Part shown: piece after piece, positions 20,726-34,770 of the stretch
Numbering within the stretch: the stretch's first letter is position 1
How the letters are laid out: each line of letters opens with the position of its first letter
Origin: the human T2T-CHM13v2.0 reference genome, Homo sapiens
Direction: 5' to 3' (one strand)
NCBI RefSeq assembly: GCF_009914755.1
Contig: NC_060931.1
DNA length: 64,000 nucleotides
Made by a program: the position numbers and the translations under genes
The notes under the pieces: model-generated
Database searches by the model: none
What the model was told of the DNA's origin: nothing
What the model saw: only the letters and a program-made list of their open reading frames with translations

Positions 20726-22186
20726 ATGAGAATAACCATATATGAAATATAATGAAAAACACCTGATTCATAGCAGCAATAACCATTATCAAATATACAG
20801 ACATATACTAATCAAAAATATGTAACACTGTGAAAACAAGTACAAAATTTTATGGAGAGAAACAACTTGAGTAAATTAAGGCACACAGTAAAGCTAGATA
20901 AAATAGTTATAAATTTCTATTTCAAAATTGAAAAAATAGAGAAATTTGCATACATCAGAGGCAAATTAGGGAGTAAATGCTCACAAGGAAAAGATTGTGA
21001 ACACAGGAATGAAAGACTAAGACTGTAAATCTTCATTTAGTAACTTAGATGACGATTTTAAGAAAAGCTGCTAAATAAGTATTTTTTATGTGTAAAAGGC
21101 AGTCTGCAATGCAAACCTCCTACTAAGGCTCCCCTATGAAATACTATACAACAGGGGTCCCCAACCCCTGGGCCATGGATTGGTACTGGTTAGTGGCCTG
21201 TTAGGAATCTGGCTGCACAGCAGGAGGTGAGCTGCGGGTGAGATTCGTCTGTATTTACAGCCACTTCCCATCGCTGGCATTACTCCCTGACCTCCATCTC
21301 CTGTCAGATCATCATCAGCATTAGATTCTCATAGTAGCGTGAACCCTGTTGTGAACCCCACATGTAAGGGATCTAGGATGTGAGCTCCTTATGAGAACTG
21401 AATGCCTCATGATCTGTCACTGTCTCCCATCACCCCCAGATGGGACCATTTAGTTGCAGGAAAACAAGCTCAGGACTCCCACTGATTCTACATTATGGTT
21501 GGTTGTATAATTATTTCATTATATATTATGATATAATAATAATAGAAATAAAGTGTACAATAAATGTAATGTGCTTGAATCATCCCGAAACCACCCCACT
21601 CCCTTGCCCTGTCTGTGGAAAAGTTTTCTTTCATGAAACCTGTCCCTGGTACCAAAAGGGTTGGGGACCACTGCTATGCACCAACAAAGCTAAGTAGAAT
21701 TTCTTTTGGGTGGGTGTGCAAAAAAGTGCTGAGTACTACTTCAAGTGCAGCATAGAGCAAAGGAGAGCTTGCTCACAGGGGAGAGGTAATGATATGGTCA
21801 CAATGATGTAGAAAAGAAAAAAAAAGTCATTAATTATTTCCAGATAATCACTACCTACTAGAAAAACCCAAGAATAAATTGAAAATCAATTACAATAATA
21901 GAGTTCCACGAGGTGGCTGTTGATAAAAACTACAAAGAATCAGTATCTTTCTTATGTTAATGAGAATAACCATATATGAAATATAATGAAAAACACCTGA
22001 TTCATAGCAGCAATAACCATTATCAAATATACAGACATATGCTAATAAAAAATGTGTAACACTATGAAAACAATTACAAAATTTTATGGAGAGAAACAAC
22101 TTGAGTAAATTAAGGCACACAGCAAAGCTAGATAAAATAGTTATAAATTTCAATTTCAAAATTGAAAAAATAGAGAAATTTGCATA
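20726..22186 (+). repeat. 227-bp direct duplication (20726-20952 and 21960-22186)
   Basis: Manual alignment: 7 mismatches, no indels, offset 1234 bp. Confidence 0.95.
21152..21673 (+). mobile_element. MER1A (hAT-Charlie DNA transposon)
   Basis: TIRs caggggtccccaacc / ggttggggaccactg; 8-bp TSD ctatacaa/ctatgcac; 522 bp. Confidence 0.9.
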
Positions 22187-22412
22187 TATAGATATTAAGA
22201 CAACAATAATTTAATTAGACTAGTATAGTCTAGAAATCCCAGCAGTATACACAAGTACATACAAATATTTAGCATCTGATAAGATATCATTTCAAATATT
22301 AGAGATAGGGTTCTGGCTTTTGGTAATGGCAGAATGAAATGTCCTGTGAACCCTCCCAAGGATAATCATTATAAAAACTGAATAAAATATGATTTTCAAA
22401 AACTGATTTCCT

Positions 22413-22822
22413 GTATGTTAAGTGAAAGCCAGGAACAGAATGAAAAATTCCACATGATCTTATTCATATGTGAAATCCAAAAAAGTTGATCTCATAGATG
22501 TAGAGAGTAGAATATCAGTTACTAGAGGCTAGAAAGCATAGGAGGAAAGGGAAATCAATCTATTAGTCAATGGGTATCAAATGATAGTTAGATAAGAGGA
22601 ATAAGTTCTAGTGTTCCATTACACAGTAGGGAGAATACAGTTAACAATAATACATTGTATAGTTTAAAATAGCTAGAAGATCTCAACACAAAGAAATTAT
22701 AAATTGTTGAAGTAACGGATAGGCTAATTGCCCTAATTTGATCATTACACGTTGTAACAAGTATCAAAACCTCACATTCTACCCCATAAACATGTATAAT
22801 TATTATGTGTCAATTAAAATGA
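22413..22822 (+). mobile_element. L1MA 3' end
   Basis: aaaaagttgatctcatagatgtagagagtag...tattatgtgtcaattaaaa. Confidence 0.75.
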
Positions 22823-23943
22823 AACTATTGGAAGGAAATGTAAAGTGACTAAATGCAAGCAGAAATCAGAAATTTACCCTTGAGAGACTATAACTATAAT
22901 GGATAGTGGCTGAGTAGAGAGTCTAAGTATGACAGAACAGGTAGAATTTAGGGACAAAATTCAAGAAGCAAAAAGGCTGCAGAAAAGAGGAAACAAAAAA
23001 TCTGAGTATGAACTCTGTCCATATCCCTGGCTGTTCAACAAGTGACAGATGTAAGGGGACAACTTGGGCAAAGAAAAAATAGGCAGGATAATAAAGAAAT
23101 CTATCCTCAAAAGTCAGAATTTCACCAGGTGAGATCTGAAAGTTAACTCCTTTATTGATTGGGTGCATTCCAGAATATGCACTCAGCTCGGGAGGCAGAG
23201 AGCTGAAGTCTTACAAGGAGGACAAAGCTCAGGGGTGGAAAAGCAACTAAAATTTATGAATCAATAGAAGCAAGAGAACCACAGAAAGAATGTCTCCAAA
23301 TTTGCATATAAACCCCATCCATATCTTTGGCTGAAAATAAACTACACAGGCTCAGAAGACCCTCAGGGAGTCAGACTATAAAATTGGCGGCTTGACATTT
23401 AAAAAGCTAAGCAGACTATCAGCTACTGCATACCATGTGTAGACAAATAAATAGTTTGGCTTTAAGCAAATTAATTACTTATCAGAACAAACAAAGAAAC
23501 AAATAAAATAACCCCATGATTCTACAAATGACAAAACAGCACATATTGCCACTATATTATATAAAATGACCAATTTCAACCCAAAATTACTAAATATGCA
23601 AAGAATGAGTAGTGACCCATATTAAAAAAATAATGAAGCACATGTAAAGTGCCTCCAAGTGAGCCTAGATTTTGGGCATAGCAAACAAAAACTTCAGCAG
23701 CTGGTCTAAATATGTTAAAATGTTTAAAAATATGATCTCAATGAGTAAACAGATAGGAAATAACAGAAATACAACTAAAAAGAACTGAAAATTACAACAA
23801 AAGTCATTAGAATCATTCTACAGATTAGATGTGTGGAAAAAAATCAGTGAGCTTGGTGATGCATTAATAACAGCTGTCCAATCTTAAGAACAGAGAGAAA
23901 CATGATATTACAAAATAAATGAAGCTTCAAAAATTTGGGACAT

Positions 23944-24222
23944 GCCGGGGGCAGTGGCTCATGCCTGTAATTCCAGCACGTTGGGAGGCCAAGGCAGGTG
24001 GATCACAAGGTCAGGAGTTCAAGACCAGCCTGGCCAACATGGTGAAACCCTGTCTCTACTAAAAATACAAAAAAATTAGCCAGGTGTGGTGGTGGGCACC
24101 TGTAATCCCAGCTACTCAGGAGGCTGAGGCAGAGAACTGCTTGAACCCAGGAGGTGGACATTGTAGTGAGCCGAGATCACGCCACTGCACTCCAGACTGG
24201 GTGACAGAGCAAGACTCCGTCT

Positions 24223-24254
<32 letters not shown>
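23944..24254 (+). mobile_element. AluS (Sg-like)
   Basis: ggatcacaaggtcaggagttcaagaccagcctggccaac; long A tail; TSD aaaa(t)ttgggaca. Confidence 0.9.
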
Positions 24255-24257
<3 letters not shown>

Positions 24258-24749
24258 GGACAACATCATTTGGTCCAATGTATATGTAATTGAAGTCTAA
24301 GAAGAAAAAGGGAAAGGTAGAAGAAAGACAAAATAATCATTTGAGAAATAATGGTCTAAGCCTAGCCTTCACTTGATTTTAAAAAATCACACACACATTA
24401 ACTTACAGATTCAAGAATTTCAATTAACCCAAAGCAGGAGAAAATAAAGAGAATCGTGACCAAGTTATATTGTAACCACCAAAAGGAAGGAGGGAGGGAA
24501 GGAGGAATGGAAGGGATATGAATGTTGAAAACAGCAAAAGAAAAATGACACATTATGTACATGGGAACAATGATATGTTTCTTGATTTATCTTCAGGAAT
24601 AGTGGATGCCAGAATAGTTTAAAATAACACATTCAATGCTGTTTGTTATAGGACATTCAATTCCATGCTTTTTAGAAGAAAGGTGCAATGAATGGTCCAT
24701 GCCTAAAGGCTATGGAATTTTGCTCCCCATCATTGAAGATGAAATATTT

Positions 24750-25025
24750 ACAAATATTATTTGGAAATCTTTTGTACATATGTTTGTCTATTCTTCCTCA
24801 TTTATTTATTTATTCAATCATTTATTTATAAGTGTGGACTTACAGAAATTTATTTTATACTGTGGGTTATATTCCAACTGTTTATTTTACTATGGTGCTC
24901 AGATTGCTCCAGCTTTGGTCATCTGGACCCCCCTCAGTTGGTTCCTATGTCATATCTCCATCTTTGACTGTTTTGAGCTCCTCCTTACTTTCTGGCACTA
25001 CAAGATGATCCAAGCTTACCTGTTA
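24750..25025 (-). mobile_element. L1MC/MD 3'UTR fragment
   Basis: gctcagattgctccagctttgg...ctttctggcactacaagatg. Confidence 0.55.
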
Positions 25026-26134
25026 ACTTTATCAAATCTTTGTTTAGGGAGTGTTATAAACGTCACCTTAGAATACACACTTTTCGTGTACTGATTTATT
25101 TTCAAATTCTCTAAATTCAGAGGAATCTGGTTTCTTCATTGCTCCAAGCTAATATAAAGTGGTGAGAGTTTTGTTGTGTTATGTATTCTAATAAAATACT
25201 GTACTTATCTGCTAGACGTTTGACTAGTCTGGTAACCGAATGGTTACTAATTGGAAGTCTACAATTGATATGACTCAAGTGTATTCAAGTAAGCTATTTT
25301 GGAAATAAATAATCTTACATGTATAAACCACTGTGTGCTAACAACATAAATCAGCAAAGAAACACAATTTTTTGAGGTAGTTTTTTCATTAAGTTATTAA
25401 AAATGTTACTTGTTTTTCTCTCCATCCTGGCACAATGGGCCTCGGCTATGGAGAAAGAGAAAAATCTAATAGCACTTGCAAGACTTCTTGAGGGGCAAGG
25501 GTTGAAGGCTGTAGTCAAAGGCACTGCTATTAATCAGCTTTGCTTCACTCCCACACCATCTTGTACTAGGGAAGCTTAGGAGGAGGATGGTTGGCTGAGC
25601 TGTCAGAAATGGCAATAATAAAAAAATTAAAAAGTTTTAAAATGTAATAATTAGATCTTTCCCACAAACTGTCAAATAAAAAATATGACCCATCTCTCCC
25701 CTCCACACTATTGGCTGATTACATGATTGATTTAATTTAACATCAGGATAATTGCGTTTTTCAGAGATTATCCTACATCATAGCTTTTTTGAACTGACTT
25801 GCCTAAAAGTACTTATTGATTAAAACATTTAGTGAATACACTACTCAGACACTGAACATTTAGCACCTTATAAATTGATTTACATTTTTATACATATGTC
25901 TTATATCCTCGAAATGAGGGCTTGATTAGAGTCTGATCTGAAGTCAGTGACACATTCTTTAACCTCTGTGAACCTGGCTTTCCTTTTCAATAACTGTGGG
26001 TAACAAGCACCCACAAAGTCATGGTGAAAATCAAGTGATATAATTTGAAGTAAAGACCTTACCACATTACATCTGTTACAGATAAGTAATCAATATATGT
26101 TTATTTTTGCTTCATATATGGCTGACTCAATGAA

Positions 26135-26297
26135 TGAATGTGACTTGTGCAGTCATACAAGGCCCTCTCATACTTAGAAAAAACCTGTGCTTGGTTTCAT
26201 ACTCTTCTATTGCTCTACTGAATTTCCTAATAATTTTAGAATGAGGAGTCCTGCGTTTTCATTTTACACTGGACCTTGTGAATTATGTCCTGGGTCC
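26135..26297. mobile_element. MER91A-like hAT element
   Basis: tgtgcagtcatacaaggccc...ttttcattttacactggacc...aattatgt. Confidence 0.55.
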
Positions 26298-29280
26298 ACC
26301 CAACTAAATTGTAAGCCATTTGAAGTCTGAGATGCTATAGATGACATTATATCCCTAATGTGTTTCTCAATTCTTAATTAGTTTCCTGTATGTGGAATGT
26401 AAAAATTCACATTTATTGAAAATAATAGTAGTGATTTGCTTAAGACAGTCAATATAGAGTTTCAATGGTAGATATAGAAGTCCTGCCTGAAAATCACATG
26501 CCAATATTTCGTGCCTTGTCATCCATATGTCTTTTATTACCAATAAAAAATATTCTATTCCAATCAAAGTACTGTTATGCATATCTAAAATAATGCCATG
26601 ATTATAAGTCTAGAGTGTGTTTTTGGTTATACATTAACAGAGGCTTAGAATTTTGGGTGGAGAAAATTCACTTAAAACAAAATCGTGGTGCAGTGGGGCC
26701 TTCTCCACTCCATGCCCAGGCAGATCTTCATACATCTGAAGCACCTGCTCACCTGGACCAAAAGCTGGAATCACCTATAGTTCCTTTGCATAGATCATGG
26801 TTTAGCAGGGCCCTCTCCATGCCATGGCCAGGCTGATCTTCAGGCATTTAAATCACCTGTTCATCTGGATCAGCAGCCTGATTCACCTCATTCTTCCTGT
26901 GTAGAGACTATAGTTCAGGAGGGCCCCTATGCTTCATGCCTAGGCAGATCTTCAGGCATTTGAAGCATCCACTCTCCTGAATTAGGAGATTAGGCATCCC
27001 CCACCCCCACAGAGAACTTGGGGCAGAAGAACTTCCCTATCTCCATGCATAGGCCCAACTCTGGATGCTTAGTAGCCACCCACTGGAGCCCCCATTGGCA
27101 TAAATGCTTGTACTTGCCACTGAGTGACCTAAAGATGAGCCTGCCTACTCTGGCCCCACCCATACTGGTGCCCCACAATGGGCTGAGCAAGGAGATCAGA
27201 GCTAAGACCTCTGTGCACTACATGGATCAGCCCATTGCCTGGGGCAACAGAGACTTCTCTCAATCAACAAGAATAAATTATATACCCATCTATGTTGGCT
27301 GCCTCTCTGGCTCTTACCCATCAGTGCAATCTACTGGCCTGTAGGTTGAACTGCAGAACCCAACGTAAAACTGGTCAATGGAAGTGCATAGGCTATAGAA
27401 GCAAAACCAAAAGACCCTACCCAACATTCTCTACAGGCACTCAATTAGGGAGGAGGGCAAGAGGAAAATAATGATAATAATAATAATAATGGGAAAGAAA
27501 AAAAGTAAAAAATCCTAACCACATGAAAATAATTACAAAATTAGTAGTGCCATAAGCGCCAGGTGAGAAGGAGCCAGCACAAGAATTCTGTTACCATAAA
27601 AAATCTGAACATTGTGACATGACCAAAGGATCATATTAGCTCTAAAACAATAATCCCAAACTGGAATGGAAACTCAGAAATAAAAAATAAAGAATTCAAA
27701 GCATGTATTGCAAAGAAGCTTAATGAGATTCAGAAAAAGTTTGAAAATTAACGAAAGGAAACTTTTAATCAATCCAGAAAACTTCTTAACATATTTAAAA
27801 GTAATCAATCAGCGCTTCTGGAATTGCAAAACTTCACTTAAGGAATTTTAAAATACATTTGAAAGCTTTATCAATAGGCTACCAAGCAGAAGAAAGATTT
27901 TCAGAGATTAGGGACTGATCTTTCATACTAACACAGTTAGACAAAAATAGTCAAAAGAATTTAATAAAATGAACAAAGTCTTTGAGAAATGTGGGATTAG
28001 GTAAAGCAACCAAACCTATAAATTACTGGCATTCCTGAAAGAGAAGGAGAAAAAGTAAACAATCCAAAAAACATTTGAGGAACTAATCCAATAAAATGTT
28101 CCTAGTCTTCCTAGAGAGGTAGATATCCAGGTACAAGAAATACAGAGAACAATTGTGATATACTATACAAAATAAATATCAACAAGGCACATAGTCACCA
28201 GACTGGCCAAGATCAGCACGGAAGAAAAAAATCTTAAAAGGCAGCTAGAGGAAAAGGTCAGATCTTGAACAAAGGGTACACCATCAGATTAATAACAGAC
28301 TTCTCAGCAGAAACCTGATGAGCCAGAAGAGATTGGGGGCCTATTTTCAGCATTATTAAAGAAAAGAAATTCCAAACAAGATTTTCATGTCCCCCCAAAC
28401 TAAGCTTTGTAAGTGAAGGAGAAATGAAATCATTTCCAGACAAGCAATTGCTACAGGAATTTGTTACCACTAGACCAGATTTACATGAGATCTTCAAAGG
28501 AATTCTAAACACGGAAACAAAAGAACGATATCTGCTACCACAGAAACACACTTAAGTCCATACTCTATAGTCTCTATAAAGCAACTACACAATGTAAATT
28601 AACGCAACCAGCTAACAACTCCATGATAGAATCAAAACCTCACATATCATTATTAACCTTATATGTAAATGCTCTAAATGCTCCACTTAAAAGGTACATA
28701 TTGGCAAGCTGGATAAAAATTAAGACCCATTTTCCTGCTATCGACAAGAGACCCATTTCTCACATAATGACACCCACAGGCTCAAAGTAAAGAATTGGAC
28801 AAAGATCTATTACAAAAACAGAAAAGATAAAAAGAGCAGAGGTCACTATTAATCGGAAAAAAATGACTTTAAACCAATGACAGCACAAAAGGACAAAGAA
28901 GGCCCTTATATAAAGATCAAGGGTTCAATTCAACAAGAAAACTTAACTATCCTAAATATATATGCACCCAACATTGGAAGACTCAGATTTATAAAACAAG
29001 TACTTCTAGACCTACAAGAAGACTTAGACAACCACACAATAATAGTGGGGGATTTCAATACCCCATTGATAGCACTAGACAGATCATCAAGGCAGAAAAC
29101 TGACAAAGAAATTCTGGACTTAAATTTGACATTTGATGAATTGGACCTAATAGACATCTATAGACCGCACCACCAATCAACCACAGAGTATACATTCTTC
29201 TTACCTGCACATGGAACATACTCTAAGATGGACCATATGTTTGACCATAAAGCAAGTCTCAATAAATTTTAAAAAATCGA

Positions 29281-29499
29281 CTCATAGATGAGAATTGAAC
29301 AGTGAGAATACTTGGACACAGGAAGGGGAACATCACACACCGGGGCCTGTCGTGGGATGGGGGGAGGGGGGAGGGATAGCATTAGGAGATATACCTAATG
29401 TAAATGACGAGTTAATGGGTGCAGCACACCAACATGGCACATGTATACACATGTAACAAACCTGCACATTGTGAACATGTACCCTAGAACTTAAAGTAT
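29281..29499 (+). mobile_element. L1PA5-like 3'UTR fragment nested in L1PA16 ORF2
   Basis: gagatatacctaatgtaaatgacgagttaatggg; TSD aattttaaaaaatc(g/a)a at 29265-29280 and 29500-29515. Confidence 0.88.
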
Positions 29500-29993
29500 A
29501 ATTTTAAAAAATCAAAATCATTTCAACCATACTCTCAAACCACAGTGGAATAAAAATGGAAATCAATAAGATCTCTCAAAACCACACAATTATGTGGAAA
29601 TTAAACAACTTTCTCCCAAATGACTTCTGAATAAACAACAAAGTTAAAGCAGAGATCAAAAAATTACTAGAAATAAATGAAAAGAGGGACACAATATATC
29701 AAAACGTGTGAGATGCAGCAAGAGGAGTGTTAAGAAAGTTTATAGCCCTAAAGCCTATGTCAGGAAGTCAGAAAGATTTCAAATTAATGATCTAACATCA
29801 CACTTAAAGGAACTAGAAAAACAAGAACAAACTAATCCCAAAGCTAGCAGAGGAAAAGAAAAGAAAAAACAAAACTAAAATCAGAGCAAAACTGAATGAA
29901 ATGGAGACCCAAAAACCCATACCAAATGATCAGGGAAACCAAAAGTTGATTCTTTGAAAAGATAAATAAGACTGACAGACCTCTAGCTAGATT

Positions 29994-30010
29994 AACAACA
30001 ACAACAACAA

Positions 30011-30044
<34 letters not shown>

Positions 30045-30076
30045 AAAGAAAAACAAAAAAAAAAGAGAGAGAGAGA
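29994..30076. repeat. Compound (AAC)n-poly(A)-(AG)n repeat within L1
   Basis: Directly visible. Confidence 0.9.
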
Positions 30077-32129
30077 AGACCCAAATAAACAGTCAGAAAT
30101 GATGAAGGTGACATTACAACTGCTCCCACCGAAATTAAAAAATAAAAAATCTCAAGGACTGTTATGAACACCTCTATGCCCACAAACTAGAAAATCTAGA
30201 GGAAATGAATAAATTCCTGGTAACATACAACTTCCCAAAATTGAATCAGGAAGAAATTGAAGCCGTGAACAGACCAACATTGAATTCTGTTATTGAAATA
30301 GTCATAAAAAACCTGCCAACCCAAAAAAGCCCGCGACCAGATTGATTCACAGCTGAATTCTACCAGACACACACAGAAAAGCTGGTACCAATTCTACTAA
30401 AATTATTCCAAAAAATCAAAAAGGGACTTCCCCCTAACTCATTCTATGAAGTCAGTGTCACCCTGATACCAAAAGCTGGCAAAGACACAATGAAAAAAGA
30501 AAACTATAGGACAATATTCCTAAAGAATATTGATGCAAAAACACTCAACAAAACACTAACAAAATCAATGTGCACATCAAAAGTTAATTCACCATGATCA
30601 AGTAGGCTTTATTCTGGGATGCAAGGTTGGTTCCATGTACACAAATCAATAAATGTGATTCATCAAATAAACAGAATTAAAAACAACACCCATATGTTCA
30701 CCTCAATAGACGCAAAGAAAGCTTTTGATAAAACCCAACATCCCTTCATGATAGACACCCTCAATAAACTAGGCATAGAAAGAACATACCTCAAAATAAT
30801 AAGAGCCATCTATGACAAACACACAGCCAACATCATACTGAACAGGAAAAAGCTGGAAGCACTCCCTTAAGAATAGAAAGAAGATAAGGATGCCCACTCT
30901 CACTACTTCTATTCAATGTAGTATTGGAAGTCTAGCCAGAACAATCAGGCAAGACAAAGAAATAAAAGCCATCAAACAGGAAAAGATGAAGTCAAATTAT
31001 CTTTCTTTGCTGATGATACAACTCTATATGTAGAAAATCCTAATGTATCGAAAGAAGTCTAGAGTTGATAAATGACTTTAGTAAACTCCTAGGGAACATA
31101 ATCAACATACAAAAGTCAGTAGCTTTTCTAAGCACCAATAACACCCAAGCTGAGAGACAAATCAAGACGCAATCCCATTTGTAATAGACACACACACAAA
31201 ACAAAACAAAACAAAACCAAATAAACAAAAAACACCAAGGAATACATGTAACCAAGGAGGTGAAAGATTTTTGCAAAGAGAACTACAAAACACTGATGAA
31301 AGAAATCAGAGATAACACAAATAAATGGAAAAACACACAATGCTCATGGATTGAAATAACTGATATCATTAAAATGCTCAAATCAATGTACAGATTCAAT
31401 GCTATTCCTTTCAAACTACCAATGCCATTTTTTACAAAACTACACAAAAACCATTCTAAAATTCATATAGAACCAAAAAAGAGCCCAAATAGTCAAATCA
31501 GTCCTAAGAAAAAAGAACAAAGCTGGAGGCATCGCATTATCCAACTTCAAACTATACTACAAGGCTACAGTAACCAAAACAGAATGGTATTGATAAAAAT
31601 CAGACAACACGGGCCTGTGGAACCAAATAGAGCCACACACCTACAGCAATCTGATATTTGCTAAAGTATAAAAAAAAGCAATGGGGGAAAGGACTCCCTA
31701 TTTAATAACTGGTGCTGGGATAACTGGCTAGACATAGGCAGAAGAATAAAACTGGACGTTTACATTTCACCATATAGAAAAATTAATTGAAGATGGATTA
31801 AAGATTTAAATGTAAGGCTTAAAACTATACAAATCCTGGACATAAACCTAGGAAATATCATTTTGGATATAAGCCTTGGCAAAGAATTTATGACTAAGTC
31901 CTCAAAAGCAATTGCAACAAAAACAAAAATTGACAAGTGCGACCTGATTAAACTATTGTGCTTTGGAGCAGCAAAAGAAACTTTCAACAGAATAAACAGA
32001 CAACTCAGAGAATGGGAGAAAATATTTGCAAACTATGCATCCAACAAAGGTCTAATATTCAGAATCTATAAAAAACTTAAAGAACAAAACAAGCAAAAAA
32101 CCAATAACCCCATTAAAAGTGGGTAATGA

Positions 32130-32433
32130 GGCTAGGCACTGTGGCTCATATCTGTAATCCCATCATTTTGGGAGGCAAAGGCAAGAAGATCACTTAAGCC
32201 CAGGACTTCAAGACCAGCTTGAGTGACTTAAGCAGACCCAATCTCTACAAAAATAAAAAATAAAAAAATTAGCCAAGTGTGCTGGCACATTCCTGTAGTC
32301 CTGGATATTTGAGAGGCTGAGGTGGGAGGATTACTTGAGTCTGGGAGGTCGAGGCTGCAGTGAACATGCCACTGCATTGCAGCCTGGGTAACAGAGCAAG
32401 ACCCTGTCTCCAAAAATAAATAAACATATAAAT
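32130..32433 (+). mobile_element. AluJ nested in L1PA16
   Basis: gatcacttaagcccagg, gaggtcgaggctgcagtga, gaccctgtctc. Confidence 0.88.
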
Positions 32434-33577
32434 AAGAGGCAACAGGATTTGAAAAGATAGTTCTTAAAAGAAGACATACAGGCAGCTAACAAACATGAAA
32501 AAATGCCCAACATCACTAATCATCAAAGAAATACAAATCAAAACCACAATGAGATACCATCTTACACCAGTAAGAATGGATATTATCAAAAAGACAAAAA
32601 ATAATAGATGCTGGCAAGGCCATGGAGAAAAGGGAATGGTTATACACTTTTGGTGGAAATGTAAATTAGTTCAGCCACTATAGAAAGCAGTTTGGGGATC
32701 TCTCAAAGAACTAAAAAAGATCTACTTTTCAACCCAGCAATCCCCAACCCAGCAATCCCATTACTGGATATATACCCAAACAAAAATAAGTGTTTCTACT
32801 AAAATGACACCTATACATGCATGTTTATCATAGTACTATTCATAATAGCAAATACATGGAATCAACCTAGGTGCCCATTAATGGTGAACTGGATAAAGAA
32901 AATGTGGCAACAATATGCAGCCAAAACAATAGCTCAAAATCAGGTCCATTTGCAGCAACATGGATGCAACTGGAGGCCATCATCCTAAATGACTTAATGC
33001 AGAAACAGAAAACCAAATACCATGTTCTCTCTTATGAGTGGGAGCTAAACATTAGGTACATATGGATATAAAGATAGGAACAACACACACTGGGGACTAC
33101 TAGAGAGAGCATAGGAGAGGGGAACAGGGGCTGAAAAAATACTTATTGGGTATTATGCTCACTACCTGGGGGTTAAAACCATTCCTACCCCAAACCTCAG
33201 CATCAGGAGATATACTCATGTAACAAACCTGCACATGTAGCCCCTGAATGTAAAATAAAAGTTGAAATTACTAATAAAAAATCAACACGTATGCTAATAC
33301 TATTGAAACACTACTCTCTAAAGTGGGTTAACTTTGTTGATAAGTGTACAGAGTTAATGATGCTCCACGATGATCCTTTCAATGTGTCTTACACTATCCT
33401 GAGGCTTTATACTGTGCTAAGGCTATGAATGACAATGCCTCAAACCAGATATTGTACATGAACTTTAAGTGGAACAATCAAAGGAACTTTACAAAGAGCA
33501 CAGGCCAATGTTAGAACCAGCCCTATATCTTAAAGTCTGCTCAGAGGGCAACTGAGCATCCTTTATTGAAAGGAATA

Positions 33578-33603
33578 GTGTGTGTGTGTGTGTGTGTGTG
33601 TGT
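33578..33603. repeat. (GT)n microsatellite
   Basis: Directly visible. Confidence 0.95.
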
Positions 33604-34770
33604 ATTTTATATAAAATATATTTACACATTTCCATGTTTAAAATGTATACATACTTTGAAATTTTAATTTACTATAATATATTTTGAAAACCAGCTACTT
33701 TTTCTCTCATAGATGTGGAGTAAAACTAATTTAAATCAGCATTCTTTACCATCTGCTGAGTATAACTCACTACTTGCTCTAGGAAGAGAAGCTAGTTCTA
33801 AGTCCAGCACATAAAACCTTTACCAAAAGACATTTCAGCTCTTTGGCATCATGGCTCAAGGACAGACTGTGCCTGCTGATCCTCTACCAAATGATTTGAC
33901 TCCAGTTTATTGATTCTCTTTAAGGGTAACAAACCAATCTACTGCTGTAAGACAGCAAAAATACAATTGCCTAAAATCTCACAAGGCAGCTTCTCCTGAG
34001 ATGTGAAAATAAAGGAGAAGCAGTCCATGTATTTGCATCAACAAATTGCCCAAAGCAATTCTGCATCAGACCCTTCCACATCCCCTGCAGATGTATTTCA
34101 TTCCACCTTAGAATGTGATCAAGTTGACTTACCTATTAATGAGAAACAACTGAAAGGAAGCAATTAGGCAGGTGAGGTTCCAGTTTAGGGGACAAATATT
34201 TTAAATACTGTTAATGGAAATCCAGAGCAATCTAAACATAAATAGACTTTGTATTCATTGTCTCCTTTAACCTGGGCTGCATTAATAAGAAATTAATTGA
34301 TTCTTGACAACTTTAATGAGTCTTTATTAACTGCATAATTGACAAGAAAAATCCATGGAGGTAATAAGCATCTAATTTCTTAGAGCCAATGTGATTGACT
34401 GATTGACTGACCAAGTCATGACTTACTTTGAGAAATCCCTGCAATGTGCTGAGCCATGTCTCCACAAATATCTAGGCAAGGGGAAACTTCTCTGGTCTAT
34501 GTTTCCTTCTTTCTTTACCTATCTAAATAAGAGAAAGAAACTGTCTGGAGGCAACATTTGGAGTAGAATCAGCACTGGGTGGATAATCCTAGCCCCATTT
34601 TTATTAATAACTTTCTGTGTGACTTTTATAAATTTTTATGTAATGTTTTTAGTAATTCTTTGTCACTTATTTCTTCCTGACTTCCACTTTCTCATCTGGA
34701 AAACGATAAGGATTAACTCAAAATTTCCTTTGAGCTCTCAATTATATGTTTCTAAAGGTAAATTACATGG

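Larger units (their letters stand above)
20140..22300 (+). mobile_element. Fragmented ancient L1M ORF2
   Basis: Degenerate RT-region sequence (aaatgcaaaaa...aaaatattag; cagataat...tagaaaaaccc); boundaries approximate. Confidence 0.55.
22310..24640 (+). mobile_element. Ancient L1M 5'UTR/ORF1 remnant, interrupted by L1MA and AluS
   Basis: Degenerate ORF1-like blocks (tgaagtctaagaagaa..., acagattcaagaa..., gatgccagaa). Confidence 0.45.
26690..33281 (+). mobile_element. Near full-length decayed L1PA16-type element
   Basis: 5'UTR repeats (catgcccaggcagatcttca), ORF1/ORF2 remnants (28877-29272, 30619-30870, 31863-32126), 3'UTR ending aaataaaagttgaaatta. Confidence 0.85.

Noticed and set aside
24636-25094. 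Hydrophobic 152-aa ORF (also 34403-34816 and Alu-derived ORFs)
   Set aside because: AT-rich or repeat-derived open frames with no recognisable domain or exon structure
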